From Sphingomonadales bacterium (GTDB lineage: Bacteria > Pseudomonadota > Alphaproteobacteria > Sphingomonadales > Sphingomonadaceae), in NCBI GenBank assembly GCA_028871475.1, contig JAGWMZ010000019.1, positions 16,102-80,101 on the forward strand: DNA of 64,000 nucleotides, written 5' to 3'. Both the position numbers and the translations under genes were made by a program. Within the stretch, counting starts at the first letter, position 1. Each line of letters begins with the position of its first letter. Shown here one piece after another: positions 57,877 to 64,000 of this stretch. The notes beneath the pieces are model-generated. The model saw only the letters and a list, made by a program, of their open reading frames with translations. It was not told the origin of the DNA and did no database searches.

Positions 57877-60800
57877 TGGCCACCTATGTCGAACTTCAGG
57901 TGACCAGCCACTTCTCGTTCCTGCGCGGCGCCTCGGCACCCGAGGAGCTGTTCTCGAAGGCGGCGGCTCTCGGTCACAAGGCGCTGGGCCTGACCGACTG
58001 GGGAAGCGTGGCCGGCGTTGTCCGTGGCTGGACCGGCCAAAAGGACACAGGCGTTCGCATGATCCCCGGCGCGCGGGTCGATCTGACCGACGGCAAGGCA
58101 CTGCTGCTCTATCCCATGAACCGCGAGGCCTGGTCCCGGCTCACCCGCCTGCTCTCCGTGGGCAAGGCGCGCGGCGGCAAGGGCCGCTGCCTGCTCGACT
58201 GGAGCGATGTGGCCGCCCATGCCGAGGGGTTGATCGCCAACCTGGTCCCGGACATGCCCGACGAGCGAACCGTGTCCGACTTGAAGGCCTTGCGAGAGGC
58301 GTTTGGCTCGCATGGCTATTGCGCCCTGTCCTTTCGACGACGCCCCGGCGATGCCGGACGCCTCTATGCCCTAGATGCCATGGCCCGCACCGCTCGCGTG
58401 CGCTGCGTGGCGACCGGCGATGTCCTCTATCACGCCCCCGAGCTTCGCCCCCTGCAGGACGTGCTGACAGCCATCCGTGCCGGCTCAACCATCGACGCAC
58501 TGGGCTTTCGGCGCGAGCGCTACATGGACCGGAACCTGAAATCCCCGGAGGAAATGGAAAGGCGCTTCGCCTCCTATCCCGATGCTATCCAGGCCAGCGC
58601 CGACATCGCGGCCCAATGCACCTTCGATCTGGGCGAGATCCGCTACCAGTACCCCTATGAGCAGGTCATGGCCGAGCGCAGCGCCCAGGATGCGCTCGCG
58701 GCGCTGACCGAGGAGGCCGCCGCCGCTATGTTCCCGAGCGGTCTGCCCGCCCCCTACCGTAGCCAGATCGACCATGAGCTGCGGCTGATCGACAGCCTGG
58801 GCTATGCCCCCTATTTTCTCACCGTCCATTCCATTGTGGCAGAAGCCCGGCGGCGGGGCATCCTCTGCCAGGGACGCGGCTCGGCGGCCAACAGCTGTGT
58901 CTGCTACATGCTGGGCATCACCTCGATCGATCCGATCCAGCATGAGCTGCTCTTCGAGCGCTTCGTCTCGGGCGAGCGCAAGGAGCCACCCGACATCGAT
59001 GTGGACTTCGAGCATGAGCGCCGCGAGGAGATCATCCAGTGGATCTATGAGACCTATGGCCGCCATCGCTCGGCGCTGACCGCCGTCGTCACCCGCTACC
59101 GCACGCGCGGCGCGGTGGCAGAAGTGGGCAAGGCACTCGGTCTGCCGCGCGATCTCACCAAGATGCTCACCGGCCTGGTCTGGGGCTGGTCGGTCGACGG
59201 TATCTCGGATGAGCAGATCGAGAGCCTGAACCTCAATGCCCAGGATCACCGTCTGCGACTATGCCTCGATCTCTCCCGGCAGCTGATCGGCACGCCGCGC
59301 CATCTCTCGCAGCATCCTGGCGGCTTCGTGCTAACGCAGGATCGACTCGATGACCTCGTGCCCATCGAGCCAGCCCGCATGGCCGATAGGCAGATCATCG
59401 AGTGGGACAAGGACGATATCGACGCGCTCAAATTCATGAAGGTCGATATCCTGGGGCTGGGCATGCTGGGCTGCATGAACCGGGCCTTCAACATGCTGGC
59501 GGACATGAAGGGCATCGCCATCGGCATGGCCGATCTCCAGAAGGACGACCCTGCCGTCTATGCGATGATCCAGAAGGCGGACACGCTGGGCACCTTCCAG
59601 ATCGAGAGCCGGGCCCAAATGTCGATGCTACCCCGGATCAAGCCCGCTAAATTCTATGATCTCGTGATCGAGGTGGCCATTGTGCGCCCCGGGCCCATCC
59701 AGGGCGATATGGTCCATCCCTATCTGCGGAGGCGAGAAGGTCGCGAGAAGCCCGAGTACCCGAAACCAGAATTACGCGCCGTGCTCGAAAAGACGCTGGG
59801 CGTGCCCCTCTTTCAGGAGCAGGCGATGAAGGTCGCCATCGTCGGCGCTGGCTTCACCCCCGCCGAGGCCGATCAATTGCGCCGGGCCATGGCGACCTTT
59901 AAGATGACGGGCGGCGTCAGTCATTTTTACGACCAGCTGGTCGGCGGTATGGTCTCGCGCGGCTACAGTCAGGACTTTGCCGAGCGCACATTCAAGCAGA
60001 TCGAGGGATTCGGGAGCTACGGCTTTCCCGAGAGCCATGCCGCCAGCTTCGCCAAGATCGCCTATGCTTCATGCTGGATGAAGCACCACCACCCCGACGT
60101 CTTCTGCGCCTCGTTGCTCAATGCCCAGCCCATGGGATTCTACGCCCCGGCCCAGATCGTGGCGGATGCCAGGAAGCACGGGGTGGAGGTTCGGCCCGTC
60201 TCGATCAACCACAGCCATTGGGACTGTACGCTCGAATACACCAACCGCCGGCACCTGGCCGTGCGCCTCGGCTTCCGGCAGGTGCGCGGGCTGGCCAACC
60301 TGCACGGCGCGCGGATCGTGGCCGCCAGAGGCGATCAGCCCTATGGCAGCGTGGAGGAGGTCTGGCGGCGGGCGGGCGTGCCGCGCGCGGCGATCGAGCG
60401 CCTGGCCGAAGCCGATGCCTTCTCGGCCATCGCGCAGGACCGGCGGCAAGGGTTATGGAAGGTCAAGGGACTGGGTGATGCCCCCTTGCCCCTCTTTGCA
60501 GCAGCGGATGCCAAAGAGGAGCAGTTCTCACCTGAAGGTGTCGAGCCGACCGTGACGCTCATGCCGCTGACCGAAGGACGGGAGGTGGTCGAGGATTATC
60601 GCTCGATCCAGCTCTCCCTGCGGGCCCATCCGGTGAGCTTCCTGCGCGAGGAGCTGGCGGGCATGAAGATCGTGTCCTGCGGCGATCTGCCCAGCCAGCG
60701 CGATGGCCGCAATCTGGAGGTGGCCGGCATCGTGCTGGTCCGCCAGCGCCCCGGCAGCGCCAAGGGCGTGCTCTTCGTCACCATCGAGGACGAGACAGGC

Positions 60801-61136
60801 GTGGCCAACGCCATCCTGTGGCCCGACAAGTTCGAGACCTATCGGCGCCAGATCATGTCGGCCTCGATGATCGCGGTGCGGGGGCGCCTGCAGAAGGAGG
60901 GCGAGATCATCCATGTCATCGCTGACAGGATCACGAACCTGGACGCCATGCTGCGCTCGATCGGGAGGCAGGACCTGCAGCTACCTCACGGGCGCGGCGA
61001 TGGCGCGGCTCAGGGCGGTGGCCCCGACCCTCGCGACCCAGGTTTTCCGAAGGGCCGCGTGCTTTCAGCTCCCGCCTTCAGGACCGATGGGAAGCAGGAT
61101 GAGATACTGCCCGTCCGCAGCCATGATTTTCATTGA
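57876..61136 (+). CDS. dnaE2: error-prone DNA polymerase DnaE2 (ImuC)
   Basis: Begins [20 protein letters not shown] (PHP domain). Also has the Pol III alpha core ([22 protein letters not shown]) and an OB fold. Confidence 0.95.
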   Translation: MATYVELQVTSHFSFLRGASAPEELFSKAAALGHKALGLTDWGSVAGVVRGWTGQKDTGVRMIPGARVDLTDGKALLLYPMNREAWSRLTRLLSVGKARGGKGRCLLDWSDVAAHAEGLIANLVPDMPDERTVSDLKALREAFGSHGYCALSFRRRPGDAGRLYALDAMARTARVRCVATGDVLYHAPELRPLQDVLTAIRAGSTIDALGFRRERYMDRNLKSPEEMERRFASYPDAIQASADIAAQCTFDLGEIRYQYPYEQVMAERSAQDALAALTEEAAAAMFPSGLPAPYRSQIDHELRLIDSLGYAPYFLTVHSIVAEARRRGILCQGRGSAANSCVCYMLGITSIDPIQHELLFERFVSGERKEPPDIDVDFEHERREEIIQWIYETYGRHRSALTAVVTRYRTRGAVAEVGKALGLPRDLTKMLTGLVWGWSVDGISDEQIESLNLNAQDHRLRLCLDLSRQLIGTPRHLSQHPGGFVLTQDRLDDLVPIEPARMADRQIIEWDKDDIDALKFMKVDILGLGMLGCMNRAFNMLADMKGIAIGMADLQKDDPAVYAMIQKADTLGTFQIESRAQMSMLPRIKPAKFYDLVIEVAIVRPGPIQGDMVHPYLRRREGREKPEYPKPELRAVLEKTLGVPLFQEQAMKVAIVGAGFTPAEADQLRRAMATFKMTGGVSHFYDQLVGGMVSRGYSQDFAERTFKQIEGFGSYGFPESHAASFAKIAYASCWMKHHHPDVFCASLLNAQPMGFYAPAQIVADARKHGVEVRPVSINHSHWDCTLEYTNRRHLAVRLGFRQVRGLANLHGARIVAARGDQPYGSVEEVWRRAGVPRAAIERLAEADAFSAIAQDRRQGLWKVKGLGDAPLPLFAAADAKEEQFSPEGVEPTVTLMPLTEGREVVEDYRSIQLSLRAHPVSFLREELAGMKIVSCGDLPSQRDGRNLEVAGIVLVRQRPGSAKGVLFVTIEDETGVANAILWPDKFETYRRQIMSASMIAVRGRLQKEGEIIHVIADRITNLDAMLRSIGRQDLQLPHGRGDGAAQGGGPDPRDPGFPKGRVLSAPAFRTDGKQDEILPVRSHDFH

Positions 61137-61290
61137 AGGCGGGTGCACGCCATAGAAAGGCGCCGATGCGTTTTCAAATTCTACAGCGAAAAGCTAAGCC
61201 ATTTTCGCGGAGATTGAACAATCCTTCCCTGTCGCATCTGTCACACAGAAACTATAGAATGGCTCAATCCGCTTTCATGATGGGGATGCT

Positions 61291-62349
61291 ATGCGCGCGC
61301 TTCTGACCGCCCTTGTCCTGTCGCTTGCCACTCTCAACCCAGGTACCGCCATGGCATGGGGAGAACCGGGGCATCAGGTGATCGGGTCCATTGCGCAGCA
61401 GATCCTGGAGAAGGATCACCCCGACATCGCCAGTCAGGTAAAGCAGATCCTGCCCGAATTCGACCTGCCGCTTGCCTCGACCTGGGCGGACTGCGCCCGC
61501 GATGTCCACAAGGATGCGAGCGGCACCTTCAGCTATGCCACGGGCCGCTACACACCCAATATCTGCCTGTCGATGCCAGCGGGGGAGACGCAGCACATGA
61601 TCGATTACGCCTCTCGCAACTGGGACAACTGCGTCTACACCGCCAGCGAGGGTTGCCTGGGCGCCTACCATTTCGCGGATGCCGCCTACCAGCATGGCAA
61701 CTACAGCCGCACCTATGTCGGCACGAGCGAACACGACATCGTCAGCGCCATCAACGCTGCGATCATCGTCCTGCAAGGCGGCACCGCGCCCGAACCGTTC
61801 TCGATCGCCAGCAAGCGCGAAGCCTTGCTGATGCTCGCCCACTTTGTCGGCGACCTGCACCAGCCTCTCCATGTGGGAGCCGTCTATCTCGATCCGAACG
61901 GGAGCGTCGTCGATCCCGACGCGCAAGGGCTCGCCCTCAACTACTGCGAAGGCGGGGTTCAGGCTCCCTGCACCGAAGGCGGAAACGCCATCGCCACCTC
62001 GCGTAGTGAAAATCTGCATCACGTATGGGACACGATACCCGCCGCGCTCGGGACGAGTGCCAGCGCGGATCTCGTGAGCGCGGCGGAGGCTGTACCTGCA
62101 ACCGATGGGCCGGTCTCAGGCTGGGCGGCGGCATGGGCGTCCGACACGGTGAACGAGGCTGCCACGACGGCGTTTCAAGGTCCTGCCTACGCCGGCAACA
62201 GCGACAGTGCCCACCCCAAGTGGACCGTCACCCTTCCGGCGACCTATGCCTCCATGCGTGATGCGGAACAGCGCCAGCAGCTGATCAAGGGTGGCGGACG
62301 GCTGGCCCAATTGCTGGTTGCGGCCCTAAGCGCTCAGCCCATACAATAA
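61291..62349 (+). CDS. secreted S1/P1-family zinc nuclease
   Basis: Signal peptide followed by AWGEPGHQVIGSIAQ, HFVGDLHQPLH and NLHHVWD motifs. Confidence 0.88.
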   Translation: MRALLTALVLSLATLNPGTAMAWGEPGHQVIGSIAQQILEKDHPDIASQVKQILPEFDLPLASTWADCARDVHKDASGTFSYATGRYTPNICLSMPAGETQHMIDYASRNWDNCVYTASEGCLGAYHFADAAYQHGNYSRTYVGTSEHDIVSAINAAIIVLQGGTAPEPFSIASKREALLMLAHFVGDLHQPLHVGAVYLDPNGSVVDPDAQGLALNYCEGGVQAPCTEGGNAIATSRSENLHHVWDTIPAALGTSASADLVSAAEAVPATDGPVSGWAAAWASDTVNEAATTAFQGPAYAGNSDSAHPKWTVTLPATYASMRDAEQRQQLIKGGGRLAQLLVAALSAQPIQ

Positions 62350-62557
62350 ATCTATCTGCCGAGGTGTACGGAACGATGCGATCTGCGCCCCGGAATTGCG
62401 ATGGCTACTGTCGGCATCACGAGACCTGAAGCGGTGGCAGGTGACCAAGGTTGGTTATTCTTTTCGACTAGGGCGAACGTCTAATCCTGCAAGACACCGC
62501 ATTGACGACGAGTGGAATTCAGGGGGAGCCGTGGACCACGTTACTGCATCGACGATC

Positions 62558-63169
62558 ATGAAAATTGCCCTCGACGCTGCCGACCAGGCGACCATCGATA
62601 GTGATGAACATGACCTCTCAGCCCGCGAACTTGGCCTCCTGAACGAGCAGTGGATCCACTCTTACGTTGGCGACGCCATATCCCGACACCTACAGGCCGC
62701 GTATGATGGCGCTCATTGCCGCCCTTTCGTTACCTACGAGACTTCGGTGTCGTGGCTGGAATACTTCATCGACCAGGAGCGGACCCGCGGGCGAATCCCG
62801 GGCAAGCTTTCCGACAGAAGGCGGTTCGACCTGACAGTGTGGTCGCGGGACAGACAGGCGATGGGCCTCATAGAGATAAAATATCAGCCCATAATGTCGA
62901 CCTACTCGCGCACTTCCGACCCCGAGAAACTCCTCGGCGCGCTTCGGCGATGGGACAGCTTGCGTTGGGGCATGTTCTTATATTGCACGAGAAACAACAG
63001 TGGGAGGGACGGAGAAAAACTCCTCAAGCACCTCAAGGAGTCATCCAAGCGAACGTTCAACCTCATAGAGGAAGCTTTATCGGGAAGGGCTCGCTTATCT
63101 TACAAGGTCTCGGACGTCATTGAGCGGCAGGCGCTCTGGGCCGCCGTGTTGGTTCGACGCCCAGGCTAA
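62558..63169 (+). CDS. hypothetical protein with PD-(D/E)xK nuclease-like motif
   Basis: E (YETSV) ... FDLTVW ... LIEIKY spacing fits the E-D-ExK restriction-endonuclease fold. Lower local GC. ATG verified at 62558. Confidence 0.45.
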   Translation: MKIALDAADQATIDSDEHDLSARELGLLNEQWIHSYVGDAISRHLQAAYDGAHCRPFVTYETSVSWLEYFIDQERTRGRIPGKLSDRRRFDLTVWSRDRQAMGLIEIKYQPIMSTYSRTSDPEKLLGALRRWDSLRWGMFLYCTRNNSGRDGEKLLKHLKESSKRTFNLIEEALSGRARLSYKVSDVIERQALWAAVLVRRPG

Positions 63170-63338
63170 GGCAGATACCGACCAGATTGGGACGTTCGAC
63201 GCTGCTGGCGCGAACGTCGCAATATGACGGAAGCGGTCATTCGAGTTACCTCAGACCGTCAGGTGACCTGTAAACATCATGTTGCGGTAGCCGCTATGCC
63301 CACGATGGGGCATTTAGGCTTGCATCCATGTAACGGGG

Positions 63339-64000
63339 TCAAAGTCGCTCGATCTCATCGGAACAGAACCAATTGTTGCGGAGTGCTGCAGCAACGACAG
63401 CATCAGGATCCTGAGTATAGGCAACAAGCGCTAAGCTTTTCCTCGCACGAGTGCAGGTGACGTACAGAAGGCGCCGGGTTCGATTGATTCCACCATCGGT
63501 GGCATCGGCAAGATGCTTACGGTCCGTATCCGACAGCGGCTTGGCTTCGAATAGTTTTTCATAAGAGAAGAGAAAACCTCGCGCGTCGCTATCATCGAGA
63601 ATTACTAGGACACGCTCAAACTCAAGCCCTTTGACGCCTTGGTGGGTTCCGAATGGCCCACGGTCGCTGACATATTCGGCGAAGGGGGTCGTCTGGCGAA
63701 AAGGTGTCTCCAGAAAAGCACGCCATGCTTCGAGACTTGCAGGAGACACCTCTACCGTTTCGTCGTCAGGTTCCAATTTCTCTTCGTCGATGATCGCGTC
63801 GGCACTTGTTGCCTCTGGACCGTGATCATCAGCCACAAAAGGCCGCAGTGAGGCTGGAATGTCAAATAGTTGGTATTTAGCCACACATTCAAGAACGGCG
63901 AGGAAGGTGGTTGTCGGGCTTTCAGGATTGAGAGCGAGCAGTGCTTCCACTCCCGCCCGTACCGGCCGCAGAGGATCGTCCGGGGGCGTAGTTTGGACAA
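63339..64000 (-). CDS. UvrD/Rep-like superfamily 1 helicase, C-terminal part (5' end outside window)
   Basis: HQGVKGLEFERVLVILDD and RRLLYVTCTRARKSLALV are the SF1 motifs V/VI. The frame stays open upstream of 63950 to the window edge. Confidence 0.7.
   Translation of the reverse strand, partial: VQTTPPDDPLRPVRAGVEALLALNPESPTTTFLAVLECVAKYQLFDIPASLRPFVADDHGPEATSADAIIDEEKLEPDDETVEVSPASLEAWRAFLETPFRQTTPFAEYVSDRGPFGTHQGVKGLEFERVLVILDDSDARGFLFSYEKLFEAKPLSDTDRKHLADATDGGINRTRRLLYVTCTRARKSLALVAYTQDPDAVVAAALRNNWFCSDEIERL

Larger units (their letters stand above)
42545..64000. mobile_element. tRNA-Gln-integrated genomic island (right boundary not in window)
   Basis: The integrase gene starts 130 nt after the tRNA 3' end. 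All downstream content is accessory. There are local AT-rich patches (about 48.1-48.4 kb and 62.4-63.6 kb). No tRNA 3'-end repeat was found by eye. Confidence 0.6.

Noticed and set aside
44604-64000. A search for attR, i.e. a direct repeat of the tRNA-Gln 3' end (…GGTTCGAATCCTCCCGCCCCAGCCA).
   Set aside because: No copy was found by visual scanning, so no right boundary is claimed. A short or degenerate repeat could have been missed, and a computational repeat search is needed.

Overview
High-GC alphaproteobacterial chromosome segment. Gene content and regulatory motifs suggest Sphingomonadales, but this is inference only; no database search was run. Positions 1-42,400 are ordinary core genome: tamA/tamB, a zinc peptidase, fumC, cfa, an amino-acid permease, purC, an M16 peptidase, a three-part RND efflux pump, purS/purQ, a GGDEF-EAL sensor, glmS/glmU, gph, cysE, hdaA, purM/purN, an EF-hand protein, ubiK-like, tspO, tlyA, ilvE and yghU. 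A tRNA-Gln(UUG) at 42,470-42,544 is followed directly by a large tyrosine integrase. From there to the window end the content is accessory, i.e. a tRNA-integrated genomic island with no right end found in the window. Island cargo includes alkB, msrA, an orphan PepSY protein next to a truncated TonB-dependent receptor, a LexA-boxed imuA-imuB-dnaE2 mutagenesis cassette, an S1/P1 nuclease, and a nuclease-fold ORF convergent with a UvrD-like helicase cut by the window edge. The most unusual locus is at 48.3-53.7 kb. It is a translationally coupled five-gene operon: carrier-protein-like ORF, XRE repressor, ImmA/IrrE metallopeptidase fused to a chagasin-like cysteine-peptidase inhibitor domain, a leaderless and prodomain-less papain-like (C1) peptidase, and a thymidylate-synthase-fold protein. 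It converges on a MazG-like/uracil-DNA-glycosylase-like operon. I read this as a candidate undescribed conflict (defence or toxin-antitoxin-like) system. No rRNA genes and no CRISPR arrays were seen. Many long ORFs in the track are antisense artefacts of the high GC content and are not reported as genes.
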